Made by a program: the position numbers and the translations under genes. This document shows, one piece after another, positions 48,397 to 61,666 of a stretch of DNA of 64,000 nucleotides; position 1 is the stretch's first letter, and each line of letters begins with the position of its first letter. A model generated the notes under the pieces. The model was not told the origin of the DNA, searched no databases, and saw nothing but the letters and a program-made list of their open reading frames with translations. The stretch is from Escherichia coli (lineage in GTDB: Bacteria; Pseudomonadota; Gammaproteobacteria; Enterobacterales; Enterobacteriaceae): assembly GCF_022846255.1 (NCBI RefSeq), contig NZ_AP025682.1. The stretch is one strand, 5' to 3'.

Positions 48397-49356
48397 GTGG
48401 CACAACGAGATTATGTACGCCGCAGCCAACCGGCACCTTCGCGGCGAAAAAAGAGCACCTCACGGAAAAAGCAACGAAATCTGCCTGCGGTTTCTCCCGC
48501 TATGGTCGCTATTGCTGCCGCCGTTCTTGTGACCTTTATCGGTGGTCTGTACTTCATTACGCATCACAAGAAAGAAGAGTCCGAGACGCTGCAAAGCCAG
48601 AAAGTGACCGGAAACGGACTACCACCAAAACCAGAAGAACGCTGGCGCTACATCAAAGAGCTGGAAAGTCGCCAGCCGGGTGTGCGTGCGCCTACAGAAC
48701 CTTCTGCCGGTGGTGAAGTGAAAACGCCGGAGCAACTGACACCAGAACAACGCCAGCTTCTTGAGCAAATGCAGGCTGATATGCGCCAGCAGCCAACGCA
48801 GCTGGTTGAAGTTCCATGGAATGAACAGACGCCGGAACAGCGTCAGCAAACGCTACAGCGCCAGCGTCAGGCGCAGCAATTAGCGGAGCAGCAACGCCTG
48901 GCTCAGCAGTCGCGTACGACTGAACAAAGCTGGCAGCAGCAGACGCGTACGTCGCAAGCCGCGCCGGTACAGGCGCAACCGCGCCAGTCTAAACCGGCTT
49001 CTACTCAGCAGCCGTACCAGGATCTGCTGCAAACCCCTGCGCACACGACCGCGCAGTCGAAGCCGCAGCAAGCTGCGCCGGTTGCTCGTGCCGCTGACGC
49101 GCCAAAACCGACGGCGGAGAAAAAAGACGAACGCCACTGGATGGTGCAGTGCGGTTCGTTCAGAGGCGCGGAACAGGCAGAGACGGTACGTGCTCAGCTG
49201 GCGTTCGAAGGCTTTGACTCAAAAATTACCACCAACAATGGCTGGAATCGTGTGGTGATTGGCCCGGTGAAAGGCAAAGAGAACGCAGACAGCACCCTCA
49301 ATCGCTTGAAGATGGCGGGTCATACAAACTGCATTCGGCTCGCCGCCGGGGGTTGA
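48397..49356 (+). CDS. ftsN: Cell division protein FtsN (319 aa, GTG start)
   Basis: MAQRDYVRRSQPAPSRRKKSTSRKKQRNLPAVSPAMVAIAAAVLVTFIGG...; Q/P-rich linker and C-terminal SPOR domain. Confidence 0.94.
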   Translation: MAQRDYVRRSQPAPSRRKKSTSRKKQRNLPAVSPAMVAIAAAVLVTFIGGLYFITHHKKEESETLQSQKVTGNGLPPKPEERWRYIKELESRQPGVRAPTEPSAGGEVKTPEQLTPEQRQLLEQMQADMRQQPTQLVEVPWNEQTPEQRQQTLQRQRQAQQLAEQQRLAQQSRTTEQSWQQQTRTSQAAPVQAQPRQSKPASTQQPYQDLLQTPAHTTAQSKPQQAAPVARAADAPKPTAEKKDERHWMVQCGSFRGAEQAETVRAQLAFEGFDSKITTNNGWNRVVIGPVKGKENADSTLNRLKMAGHTNCIRLAAGG

Positions 49357-49380
49357 AACCCTCAAAATCCCCCCCATCTA
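49353..49380 (+). promoter_or_regulatory. Sigma-32 heat-shock promoter of hslVU
   Basis: TTGAAA (-35) ... CCCCCATCTA (-10) matching sigma32 consensus CTTGAAA/CCCCATNT, ~70 bp upstream of hslV. Confidence 0.75.
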
Positions 49381-49448
49381 TAATTGCATTATGCCCCGTA
49401 CTTTTGTACGGGGTTTGTACTCTGTATTCGTAACCAAGGGGTCAGCTC

Positions 49449-49979
49449 GTGACAACTATAGTAAGCGTACGCCGTAACGGCCATGTGGTCATCGCTGGTG
49501 ATGGTCAGGCCACGTTGGGCAATACCGTAATGAAAGGCAACGTGAAAAAGGTCCGCCGTCTGTACAACGACAAAGTCATCGCGGGCTTTGCGGGCGGTAC
49601 TGCGGATGCTTTTACGCTGTTCGAACTGTTTGAACGTAAACTGGAAATGCATCAGGGCCATCTGGTCAAAGCCGCCGTTGAGCTGGCGAAAGACTGGCGT
49701 ACCGATCGCATGCTGCGCAAACTTGAAGCACTGCTGGCAGTCGCGGATGAAACTGCATCGCTTATCATCACCGGTAACGGTGACGTGGTGCAGCCAGAAA
49801 ACGATCTTATTGCTATCGGCTCCGGCGGCCCTTACGCCCAGGCTGCGGCGCGCGCGCTGTTAGAAAACACTGAACTTAGCGCCCGTGAAATTGCTGAAAA
49901 GGCGTTGGATATTGCAGGCGACATTTGCATCTATACCAACCATTTCCACACCATCGAAGAATTAAGCTACAAAGCGTAA
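49449..49979 (+). CDS. hslV: ATP-dependent protease subunit HslV (176 aa)
   Basis: [38 protein letters not shown]... N-terminal Thr nucleophile. Confidence 0.97.
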
Positions 49980-49988
49980 GGATCTCCC

Positions 49989-51320
49989 ATGTCTGAAATG
50001 ACCCCACGCGAAATCGTCAGCGAACTGGATAAGCACATCATCGGCCAGGACAACGCCAAGCGTTCCGTGGCGATTGCTCTGCGTAACCGCTGGCGTCGCA
50101 TGCAGCTCAACGAAGAGCTGCGCCATGAAGTGACCCCGAAAAATATCCTGATGATCGGCCCGACCGGTGTCGGTAAAACTGAAATCGCCCGTCGTCTGGC
50201 TAAGCTGGCGAATGCGCCGTTCATCAAAGTTGAAGCGACCAAATTCACCGAAGTGGGCTATGTCGGTAAGGAAGTGGATTCTATTATTCGCGATCTGACC
50301 GATGCCGCCGTGAAAATGGTACGCGTCCAGGCTATCGAGAAAAACCGTTATCGCGCTGAAGAACTGGCAGAAGAACGTATTCTCGACGTGCTGATCCCAC
50401 CGGCTAAAAACAACTGGGGACAGACCGAACAGCAGCAGGAACCGTCCGCTGCTCGTCAGGCATTCCGCAAAAAACTGCGTGAAGGCCAGCTTGATGACAA
50501 AGAAATCGAGATCGATCTTGCCGCAGCACCGATGGGCGTTGAAATTATGGCTCCTCCGGGCATGGAAGAGATGACCAGCCAGCTGCAGTCCATGTTCCAG
50601 AACCTGGGCGGTCAGAAGCAAAAAGCGCGTAAGCTGAAAATCAAAGACGCCATGAAGCTGCTGATTGAAGAAGAAGCGGCGAAACTGGTGAACCCGGAAG
50701 AGCTGAAGCAAGATGCTATCGACGCTGTTGAGCAGCACGGGATCGTGTTTATCGACGAAATCGACAAAATCTGTAAGCGCGGCGAGTCTTCCGGTCCGGA
50801 TGTTTCTCGTGAAGGCGTTCAGCGTGACCTGCTGCCGCTGGTAGAAGGTTGCACTGTTTCCACCAAACACGGGATGGTCAAAACTGACCACATTCTGTTT
50901 ATCGCTTCTGGCGCGTTCCAGATTGCGAAACCGTCTGACCTGATCCCGGAACTGCAAGGTCGCCTGCCAATCCGCGTTGAGCTGCAGGCACTGACCACCA
51001 GCGACTTTGAGCGTATACTGACCGAGCCGAATGCCTCTATCACCGTGCAGTACAAAGCACTGATGGCAACTGAGGGCGTAAATATCGAGTTTACCGACTC
51101 CGGTATTAAGCGCATCGCGGAAGCGGCATGGCAGGTGAACGAATCTACCGAAAACATCGGTGCTCGTCGTTTACATACCGTTCTGGAGCGTTTAATGGAA
51201 GAGATTTCCTACGACGCCAGCGATTTAAGCGGTCAAACTATCACTATTGACGCAGATTATGTGAGCAAACATCTGGATGCGTTGGTGGCAGATGAAGATC
51301 TGAGCCGTTTTATCCTATAA
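49989..51320 (+). CDS. hslU: ATP-dependent protease ATPase subunit HslU (443 aa)
   Basis: [40 protein letters not shown]...; Walker A GPTGVGKT. Confidence 0.97.
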
Positions 51321-51386
51321 TCGCGTTCAATCATTTTCATCATTGTTTGATGGGGCTGAAAGGCCCCATTTTTATTGGCGCGTATT

Positions 51387-52313
51387 ATGACTGAACAACA
51401 AATTAGCCGAACTCAGGCGTGGCTGGAAAGTTTACGACCTAAAACCCTCCCCCTCGCCTTTGCTGCAATTATCGTCGGGACGGCGCTGGCATGGTGGCAA
51501 GGTCACTTCGATCCACTGGTCGCCCTGCTGGCATTGATTACCGCCGGGCTATTACAGATCCTTTCTAACCTCGCCAATGATTACGGCGATGCGGTAAAAG
51601 GCAGCGATAAACCTGACCGCATTGGGCCGCTACGCGGCATGCAAAAAGGGGTCATTACCCAGCAAGAGATGAAACGGGCGCTCATTATTACCGTTGTGCT
51701 CATCTGTCTTTCCGGGCTGGCACTGGTTGCAGTGGCGTGCCATACGCTGGCCGATTTTGTCGGTTTCCTGATTCTTGGCGGGTTGTCGATCATTGCCGCT
51801 ATCACCTACACCGTGGGCAATCGTCCTTATGGTTATATCGGTTTGGGTGATATTTCCGTACTGGTTTTCTTTGGCTGGTTGAGCGTCATGGGGAGCTGGT
51901 ATTTACAGGCTCATACATTGATTCCGGCACTGATCCTTCCGGCAACCGCATGCGGCCTGCTGGCAACGGCAGTACTGAACATTAATAACCTGCGTGATAT
52001 CAATAGCGACCGCGAAAACGGCAAAAACACGCTGGTGGTGCGCTTAGGTGCAGTAAACGCGCGTCGTTATCATGCCTGCCTGCTGATGGGCTCTCTGGTG
52101 TGTCTGGCGCTGTTTAATCTCTTTTCACTGCATAGCCTGTGGGGCTGGCTGTTCCTGCTGGCGGCACCATTACTGGTGAAGCAAGCCCGTTATGTGATGC
52201 GGGAAATGGACCCGGTGGCGATGCGACCGATGCTGGAACGCACTGTCAAGGGAGCGTTACTGACTAACCTGCTGTTTGTTTTAGGGATATTCCTAAGCCA
52301 GTGGGCAGCATAA
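51387..52313 (+). CDS. menA: 1,4-dihydroxy-2-naphthoate octaprenyltransferase (308 aa)
   Basis: ORF 51375..52313 trimmed to MTEQQISRTQAWLESLRPKTLPLAFAAIIVG...; UbiA-family prenyltransferase. Confidence 0.92.
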   Translation: MTEQQISRTQAWLESLRPKTLPLAFAAIIVGTALAWWQGHFDPLVALLALITAGLLQILSNLANDYGDAVKGSDKPDRIGPLRGMQKGVITQQEMKRALIITVVLICLSGLALVAVACHTLADFVGFLILGGLSIIAAITYTVGNRPYGYIGLGDISVLVFFGWLSVMGSWYLQAHTLIPALILPATACGLLATAVLNINNLRDINSDRENGKNTLVVRLGAVNARRYHACLLMGSLVCLALFNLFSLHSLWGWLFLLAAPLLVKQARYVMREMDPVAMRPMLERTVKGALLTNLLFVLGIFLSQWAA

Positions 52314-52405
52314 CTGACAAATATCAATTAACAATTGATGATTTTGCCAACAGCCTACATAGCGCGATATACTGAAAATTCTCGCAGCAACTGAATGTTA
52401 AGCCT

Positions 52406-52891
52406 ATGAAATACGATACTTCCGAGCTTTGTGACATCTATCAAGAAGATGTTAACGTCGTGGAACCGCTGTTCTCCAACTTTGGCGGACGGGCGTCGTT
52501 TGGCGGACAAATAATCACGGTAAAATGTTTCGAGGACAACGGGTTGCTGTACGATCTGCTCGAACAGAATGGCCGTGGTCGTGTTCTTGTCGTCGATGGC
52601 GGTGGTTCTGTTCGTCGCGCACTGGTCGATGCTGAACTGGCGCGTCTGGCAGTACAAAATGAATGGGAAGGCCTGGTCATTTACGGCGCGGTGCGTCAGG
52701 TAGATGACCTGGAAGAGCTGGATATCGGCATCCAGGCGATGGCAGCAATTCCAGTCGGTGCCGCTGGCGAAGGCATTGGCGAAAGCGATGTCCGCGTCAA
52801 TTTTGGCGGTGTCACCTTCTTCTCCGGCGACCATCTTTATGCCGACAATACCGGGATTATTCTTTCTGAAGATCCGTTGGATATTGAATGA
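52406..52891 (+). CDS. rraA: RNase E inhibitor RraA (161 aa)
   Basis: [67 protein letters not shown]... Confidence 0.95.
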
Positions 52892-52900
52892 TAAAAAAGG

Positions 52901-52912
52901 CACCGCAAGGTG
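52901..52912. repeat. IS4 target-site duplication, left copy
   Basis: CACCGCAAGGTG directly abutting IS4 left end; identical copy at 54339..54350. Confidence 0.8.
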
Positions 52913-54338
52913 TAATGCCAGTCAGTTAAGCAACTGACTGGCTCTTTTTCGGGGCTGTGGGGTATTTCCAGGGCCTCTCCTTTACCACTCTCGGGAAGGC
53001 CCTTTCCCTTCTTGTCGGTAATTTCACAAGTTGTCCCATACTTGCAAGATCGCGCATCAGCTCCGGTATACGTCCCGGTGAAGCGCCCTGCAATGTCATC
53101 AGCATTCTCATCACCATTCCACATGATTCTGAGAAACTCAGTTGATTCGGCCAGTAACCTTTCAGATGTTCCGCCATTTTAATCATCTGATATCTCACCA
53201 GATTATAAGCCAGTAAGACACCCCACAGCTCTTGCTCCACAAGCTCCGGTTTTTTACTTCTCAGCGTCAGCCTGCTCAGTTGCATCGTCTGTTTTATCTC
53301 CCTGTATCCCAGTTCGATTTCCCAGCGATGACTGTACAGATCCGCCATTTCTCCTCCGGGGAAGCGCATGGCGTCCGTCATCGACGTCAGCAGATGGCAG
53401 ACTTTTCCTTTGCGCGTCACGGTCAGCAGGCGGGCTGTCACTTCATTTCCCAGTCCCGGCCACTTTTTTCGTGCCTGCGGGCTGGTTTTCAGCTTCACCA
53501 GATGATCGCCTTTACCCAGTTTTCTGATCTCTTCATATTGCGCTCCCTTTCTGAGAGGTATCATCCAGTGGCGGTGTTCTCCCGCCAGGCTCCAGGCATT
53601 TAACAGTCCCAGTGAGTAATAACCTTTATCCATTAACGTCAGAGTGTTATCGCCGGTTTGTTCTATAAGTTGCTCAGCAAGCTCATTTTCGCTGTTCTTC
53701 ATCGTGCCGAAGGCTGCAGCCGTCAGCAGATGGCTGGTCAGTTCCATCTGGCAGACCATTTTGACCTGCGGGTAGAGCGCCGGGTTCCCGGCATGTGTCT
53801 GGCGGGGGAAGGCTGCATCGTTCTCTGGTGTATCCGGTGTGCGCCAGAACACACCATCGATGGCCAGCAGGGTCAGGCCGCACCAGTGCGGATGCGGCGT
53901 GGCGTTATGCCAGAGCTGCGCTGTTTTCGTGAACACGCGGCGGACAGCCTCACTTCCCAGGCGCTGGCGGGCCTGAATAACGGCACTGGGGGCAACGAAG
54001 GGGCGATTGCCCGGCAGCATGATGTCCAGGCGATTCACAATCTGGTGAAGAGGTTCTTTACGCTCAAGCGCCATGCCAACAATACACCAGACCATCATTT
54101 CGAGGGGAAGACGGCGCTTGCGTAGCGTTACAGTACCTGATTCGGCAAGGCAACGAGAGATGAGTTCGGGGTCGAGGTAATCCCCCAGAGAAGTCAGTGG
54201 GTTACGCAGAGAATCGTAACGGGATACCAGATCAAGAGCCTGTCCAATGTGCATAAAAAAATCCGGAAACAAGTGAGCGTTTCCGGATTCTTACACAGCC
54301 ACTGGATCGGTCAACTGATCCTTAACTGATCGGCATTA
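52913..54338 (-). mobile_element. Insertion sequence IS4 (1426 bp) with imperfect 18-bp terminal inverted repeats
   Basis: Ends TAATGCCAGTCAGTTAAG ... CTTAACTGATCGGCATTA (16/18 inverted match); length 1426 bp equals canonical IS4; single transposase ORF; 12-bp TSD. Confidence 0.9.
52926..54254 (-). CDS. insG: IS4 transposase (DDE family, ~442 aa)
   Basis: ORF 52926..54272 trimmed to [36 protein letters not shown]...; recognised IS4 transposase. Confidence 0.9.
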   Translation of the reverse strand: MHIGQALDLVSRYDSLRNPLTSLGDYLDPELISRCLAESGTVTLRKRRLPLEMMVWCIVGMALERKEPLHQIVNRLDIMLPGNRPFVAPSAVIQARQRLGSEAVRRVFTKTAQLWHNATPHPHWCGLTLLAIDGVFWRTPDTPENDAAFPRQTHAGNPALYPQVKMVCQMELTSHLLTAAAFGTMKNSENELAEQLIEQTGDNTLTLMDKGYYSLGLLNAWSLAGEHRHWMIPLRKGAQYEEIRKLGKGDHLVKLKTSPQARKKWPGLGNEVTARLLTVTRKGKVCHLLTSMTDAMRFPGGEMADLYSHRWEIELGYREIKQTMQLSRLTLRSKKPELVEQELWGVLLAYNLVRYQMIKMAEHLKGYWPNQLSFSESCGMVMRMLMTLQGASPGRIPELMRDLASMGQLVKLPTRRERAFPRVVKERPWKYPTAPKKSQSVA

Positions 54339-54350
54339 CACCGCAAGGTG
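54339..54350. repeat. IS4 target-site duplication, right copy
   Basis: CACCGCAAGGTG followed by CCTTTTTT. Confidence 0.8.
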
Positions 54351-54413
54351 CCTTTTTTCTGCGTTACCTGTTGGCCTACACAGTAAAGAAATTACGCGAA
54401 AGATGAAGTGTAA

Positions 54414-54707
<294 letters not shown>

Positions 54708-54849
54708 TTACCGGTGACGCCTTAATAAATACGAGCGCACTTTAGTTAGCTCCGATTGTATGAAGCCGCGCCATCGCTGTCCAGCGGCACGCCTTGCAGA
54801 TTACGGTTTGCCACACTTTTCATCCTTCTCCTGGTGACATAATCCACAC

Positions 54850-55010
54850 CAATCGAAAATGTTAATAAATTTGTTGCGCGAATGATCTAACAAACATGCA
54901 TCATGTACAATCAGATGGAATAAATGGCGCGATAACGCTCATTTTATGACGAAGCACACACATTTTAAGTTCGATATTTCTCGTTTTTGCTCGTTAACGA
55001 TAAGTTTACA
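54850..55010. promoter_or_regulatory. glpFKX promoter region with CRP-like and GlpR-operator-like sequences
   Basis: Repeated TCGTT/AACGA half-sites (TTTTGCTCGTTAACGATAAGTTTAC, AAGTTCGATATTTCTCGTTTTTGC) resembling GlpR operators; upstream AT-rich TGT..ACA motifs. Confidence 0.5.
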
Positions 55011-55083
55011 GCATGCCTACAAGCATCGTGGAGGTCCGTGACTTTCACGCATACAACAAACATTAACTCTTCAGGATCCGATT

Positions 55084-57460
<2,377 letters not shown>

Positions 57461-57466
57461 TGTAAA

Positions 57467-57498
57467 TGCCGGATGAAGCGTTTATGCCGCATCCGGTA
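57467..57498. repeat. REP element between glpK and glpX
   Basis: GCCGGATGAAGCGTTTATGCCGCATCCGGTAG. Confidence 0.7.
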
Positions 57499-57594
57499 GT
57501 CCTGAATCGTGCGGGGGCAACCCCGCACACATCAATAATCCCGCCCTTCCCCTGTGCTACACTTCGCGCCATTCCTTACTGCTTAGAGTTTGCT

Positions 57595-58605
57595 ATGAGA
57601 CGAGAACTTGCCATCGAATTTTCCCGCGTCACCGAATCAGCGGCGCTGGCTGGCTACAAATGGTTAGGACGCGGCGATAAAAACACCGCGGACGGCGCGG
57701 CGGTAAACGCCATGCGTATTATGCTCAACCAGGTCAACATTGACGGCACCATCGTCATTGGTGAAGGTGAAATCGACGAAGCACCGATGCTCTACATTGG
57801 TGAAAAAGTCGGTACTGGTCGCGGCGACGCGGTAGATATTGCTGTTGATCCGATTGAAGGCACGCGCATGACGGCGATGGGCCAGGCTAACGCGCTGGCG
57901 GTGCTGGCAGTAGGCGATAAAGGCTGTTTCCTCAACGCGCCAGATATGTATATGGAGAAGCTGATCGTCGGACCGGGAGCCAAAGGCACCATTGATCTGA
58001 ACCTGCCGCTGGCGGATAACCTGCGCAATGTTGCGGCGGCGCTCGGCAAACCGTTGAGCGAACTGACGGTAACGATTCTGGCAAAACCGCGCCACGATGC
58101 CGTTATCGCAGAAATGCAGCAACTCGGCGTGCGCGTATTTACTATTCCGGACGGCGACGTTGCAGCCTCAATTCTCACCTGTATGCCAGACAGCGAAGTT
58201 GACGTGCTGTACGGTATTGGTGGCGCGCCGGAAGGCGTGGTTTCTGCGGCGGTGATCCGCGCATTAGATGGTGACATGAACGGTCGTCTGCTGGCGCGTC
58301 ATGACGTCAAAGGCGACAACGAAGAGAATCGTCGCATTGGCGAGCAGGAGCTGGCACGCTGCAAAGCGATGGGCATCGAAGCCGGTAAAGTATTGCGTTT
58401 GGGCGATATGGCGCGCAGCGACAACGTCATCTTTTCTGCCACCGGCATCACCAAAGGTGATCTGCTGGAAGGTATTAGCCGCAAAGGCAATATCGCCACC
58501 ACCGAAACGCTGCTGATCCGTGGTAAATCACGCACCATTCGTCGCATTCAGTCCATCCACTATCTGGATCGTAAAGACCCGGAAATGCAGGTGCACATCC
58601 TCTGA
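57595..58605 (+). CDS. glpX: Fructose-1,6-bisphosphatase class II GlpX (336 aa)
   Basis: ORF 57466..58605 trimmed to MRRELAIEFSRVTESAALAGYKWLGRGDKNTADGAAVNAMR... Confidence 0.95.
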   Translation: MRRELAIEFSRVTESAALAGYKWLGRGDKNTADGAAVNAMRIMLNQVNIDGTIVIGEGEIDEAPMLYIGEKVGTGRGDAVDIAVDPIEGTRMTAMGQANALAVLAVGDKGCFLNAPDMYMEKLIVGPGAKGTIDLNLPLADNLRNVAAALGKPLSELTVTILAKPRHDAVIAEMQQLGVRVFTIPDGDVAASILTCMPDSEVDVLYGIGGAPEGVVSAAVIRALDGDMNGRLLARHDVKGDNEENRRIGEQELARCKAMGIEAGKVLRLGDMARSDNVIFSATGITKGDLLEGISRKGNIATTETLLIRGKSRTIRRIQSIHYLDRKDPEMQVHIL

Positions 58606-58626
58606 TTGATTTGATCGATTGAGCCT

Positions 58627-58655
58627 TCCAGTCCTTCGGGACTGGAATTTTTTTG
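58627..58655 (+). terminator. Intrinsic terminator after glpX
   Basis: TTCCAGTCCTTCGGGACTGGAA hairpin followed by T7. Confidence 0.8.
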
Positions 58656-58701
58656 TTCGGAGAACGAAGATAAGGCAAGTCAATCAAAACAGGAGAAAAA
58701 C

Positions 58702-59448
58702 ATGGCTGATTGGGTAACAGGCAAAGTCACTAAAGTGCAGAACTGGACCGACGCCCTGTTTAGTCTCACCGTTCACGCTCCCGTGCTTCCGTTTACCGCC
58801 GGGCAATTCACCAAACTTGGCCTTGAAATTGAAGGCGAACGCGTTCAGCGCGCCTACTCCTATGTTAACTCGCCCGATAATCCGGATCTGGAGTTTTACC
58901 TGGTCACCGTCCCCGATGGCAAATTAAGTCCACGACTGGCGGCACTGAAACCGGGCGATGAAGTGCAGGTGGTTAGCGAAGCCGCTGGCTTCTTTGTGCT
59001 GGATGAAGTACCAGATTGCGAAACGCTATGGATGCTGGCAACCGGTACAGCGATTGGCCCTTATTTATCGATTCTGCAATTGGGCAAAGATTTAGAACGC
59101 TTCAAAAACATGGTGCTGGTTCACGCCGCACGATATGCCGCCGACTTAAGCTATCTACCTCTGATGCAGGAACTGGAAAAACGCTACGAGGGGAAACTGC
59201 GCATTCAGACGGTGGTCAGTCGGGAAACGGCTGTGGGTTCGCTCACTGGGCGATTACCGGCGTTAATTGAAAGTGGTGAACTGGAAAGCGCGGTTGGCCT
59301 GCCGATGAATAAAGAAACCAGCCATGTGATGCTGTGCGGCAATCCACAGATGGTGCGCGATACACAACAGTTGCTGAAGGAGACCCGGCAGATGACGAAA
59401 CATTTACGTCGCCGACCGGGCCATATGACAGCGGAGCATTACTGGTAA
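58702..59448 (+). CDS. fpr: Ferredoxin/flavodoxin-NADP+ reductase (248 aa)
   Basis: MADWVTGKVTKVQNWTDALFSLTVHAPVLPFTAGQFTKLGL... Confidence 0.95.
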   Translation: MADWVTGKVTKVQNWTDALFSLTVHAPVLPFTAGQFTKLGLEIEGERVQRAYSYVNSPDNPDLEFYLVTVPDGKLSPRLAALKPGDEVQVVSEAAGFFVLDEVPDCETLWMLATGTAIGPYLSILQLGKDLERFKNMVLVHAARYAADLSYLPLMQELEKRYEGKLRIQTVVSRETAVGSLTGRLPALIESGELESAVGLPMNKETSHVMLCGNPQMVRDTQQLLKETRQMTKHLRRRPGHMTAEHYW

Positions 59449-59452
59449 GCGG

Positions 59453-59881
59453 TTACTTGTCGATAAACGGCACGATCAAGAGATCCGCACTCAACTTATT
59501 GATCATCCCGCGATATGCCGGCATCAAACGGTTGATAAATGAGTGGTGATGACCACAGACAAGGAGGTCGCACTGCTCTTTTTGCATAATTTCCAGCAGT
59601 GTTTCCGGCATTTCTCCGCGTTCAATACGCAGTTTTGTCTTCGGCCATTGAATATTTTTCGTCAGTTTATACAGCTTGTTATCCGACTTATTCTTCAACA
59701 ATTGAAGAATATCTTCTGTTGCAGGGAAGTAGATACCCGGATACAACTCGCTTAAGCCATCATCAATATGAATTAACGTCAGGTGAGCGTCATTATGTCT
59801 GGCGAGCTCCAGGGCTTTATTCACCAGTAAGGCATCTTCTTCATTCCCGGAAATTGCCACGCCAATGTGTTTATAAGCCAT
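59453..59881 (-). CDS. uspD: Universal stress protein D (142 aa)
   Basis: [42 protein letters not shown]... Confidence 0.92.
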   Translation of the reverse strand: MAYKHIGVAISGNEEDALLVNKALELARHNDAHLTLIHIDDGLSELYPGIYFPATEDILQLLKNKSDNKLYKLTKNIQWPKTKLRIERGEMPETLLEIMQKEQCDLLVCGHHHSFINRLMPAYRGMINKLSADLLIVPFIDK

Positions 59882-59907
59882 GTTTAACTCCTTCTAAAGC
59901 AACTCCA

Positions 59908-60207
59908 TCAAGCTAACGAACGCAGTGATAACTCAAAAATAATCATCTCGGCCTGGCATGAGAAGGTGAAGGCCGCATCAAGCTCAACTTGCCCTTCCAG
60001 ATCCTTAATCTTATAGGCCACGCTGGCCCCTTCATCTGCAGAGGATGCAGCGGCGGCAAGCTCTTTCAGTTTGGTCATAAAGGACTCTGCTTCTTCGCGG
60101 GTGGCAAAAAAGCGCGAAAACTTACTGGTACAGTTGTCGTTATCAATCACCGTACCGATATCAATCGCACATCCTTTAGTACTGCATTTATCTACGACAT
60201 CTTTCAT
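59908..60207 (-). CDS. yiiS: UPF0381 protein YiiS (99 aa)
   Basis: [54 protein letters not shown]... Confidence 0.88.
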   Translation of the reverse strand: MKDVVDKCSTKGCAIDIGTVIDNDNCTSKFSRFFATREEAESFMTKLKELAAAASSADEGASVAYKIKDLEGQVELDAAFTFSCQAEMIIFELSLRSLA

Positions 60208-60418
60208 AGGGCACCTCTGTATATTCGCCTCTCTGTCGATTACGACTTAAGAATAATGCGCCGTTAAAGGAAGAACAAACAAGTAATGATCTTATGGATT
60301 ACCATTTTTTTTGATATTGCTTAAGGTGAAGAGTTCAGAAGGATTTTCCGGGCATTGTCACTTGCATCGTGGAAATAACAATCCCGGAAAAAAATAGCGA
60401 TAAGAGATATATTAAAGG

Positions 60419-60859
60419 TTAATTACTTGATTTATTGTCGGCTTTATACTTCACATCCTGGGTATCTTTACCATATTTATTTTCGCCTTGTGTGCCAACA
60501 AACGCACCAAGATCGATAAGCATCATCACCAGAATCAATGTCGGGACAAAACGCCCCACCGCCCATTGCCAGACACCCGGTAAAATTGCCCAGTTACCCG
60601 CCAGCAGCATCCACGCCACAATCATCAGAAATGCCCATGCGCCGGAACGCCCGCGATCATGCAAGCGCTTAACGGTTACTGCCGCTGTTGGCCAAAGCAA
60701 GCACACAAGGCAAAACGCCGCGGTCTGAATATCGAGTAAATTTTTACCCGCCAGTGAGAAAAGCACCAGCATGCCTGCGAACCACAGGCCTATCCAAATC
60801 CAGAAATCACGGCGTCCAATACGCCCTTTAAATGAGAATAACCATTGCTGTATGGTCAT
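60419..60859 (-). CDS. yiiR: DUF805 inner-membrane protein YiiR (146 aa)
   Basis: MTIQQWLFSFKGRIGRRDFWIWIGLWFAGMLVLFSLAG... Confidence 0.88.
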   Translation of the reverse strand: MTIQQWLFSFKGRIGRRDFWIWIGLWFAGMLVLFSLAGKNLLDIQTAAFCLVCLLWPTAAVTVKRLHDRGRSGAWAFLMIVAWMLLAGNWAILPGVWQWAVGRFVPTLILVMMLIDLGAFVGTQGENKYGKDTQDVKYKADNKSSN

Positions 60860-60959
60860 GTAAGTTCCTTGATGGTTGTCTTTTCCAGGATTCTACCCTT
60901 TTGACAAGGGCGACAGATATCGTTTTAATCGGAGCCAGTCATAACAAAAGGTACTGTCA

Positions 60960-61559
60960 ATGAAGCCAGGGTGTACGCTGTTTTTTCTCTTATGTTCTGC
61001 ATTAACCGTTACAACAACGGCGCATGCACAAACACCAGATACGGCAACGACCGCGCCTTATCTGCTGGCTGGAGCCCCTACTTTCGATCTCTCCATCAGC
61101 CAGTTTCGAGAAGACTTTAACAGCCAGAATCCCAGCCTGCCACTGAACGAATTTCGTGCCATCGACAGCAGTCCCGACAAAGCCAATCTCACTCGTGCAG
61201 CAAGTAAAATTAACGAGAACTTGTATGCTTCTACTGCACTGGAGCGCGGTACCTTAAAAATCAAAAGCATTCAAATAACCTGGCTACCCATCCAGGGGCC
61301 AGAGCAAAAAGCCGCGAAAGCGAAAGCTCAGGCATACATGGCAGCGGTGATCCGCACACTCACCCCATTAATGACCAAAACTCAAAGCCAGAAAAAACTG
61401 CAGTCGCTACTAACGGCGGGGAAAAACAAACGTTATTACACCGAGACAGAAGGTGCACTGCGTTATGTTGTCGCGGACAACGGCGAAAAGGGGCTGACCT
61501 TCGCTGTTGAACCGATTAAGCTGGCGCTATCTGAATCGCTTGAAGGTTTGAATAAATGA
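60960..61559 (+). CDS. yiiQ: DUF1454 secreted protein YiiQ (199 aa)
   Basis: MKPGCTLFFLLCSALTVTTTAHAQTPDTATTAPYLLAG... signal peptide. Confidence 0.88.
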   Translation: MKPGCTLFFLLCSALTVTTTAHAQTPDTATTAPYLLAGAPTFDLSISQFREDFNSQNPSLPLNEFRAIDSSPDKANLTRAASKINENLYASTALERGTLKIKSIQITWLPIQGPEQKAAKAKAQAYMAAVIRTLTPLMTKTQSQKKLQSLLTAGKNKRYYTETEGALRYVVADNGEKGLTFAVEPIKLALSESLEGLNK

Positions 61560-61666
61560 CAAAAAGCAAAGCCTTTGTGCCGATGAATCTCTATACTGTT
61601 TCACAGACCTGCTGCCCTGCGGGGCGGCCATCTTCCTTTATTCGCTTATAAGCGTGGAGAATTAAA

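Noticed and set aside
48780-49030. Gln/Arg/Pro-rich repetitive stretch read as a possible tandem repeat or low-complexity insertion
   Set aside because: Lies inside ftsN and corresponds to the known Q-rich periplasmic linker of FtsN; reading frame is intact and length matches the 319-aa protein.
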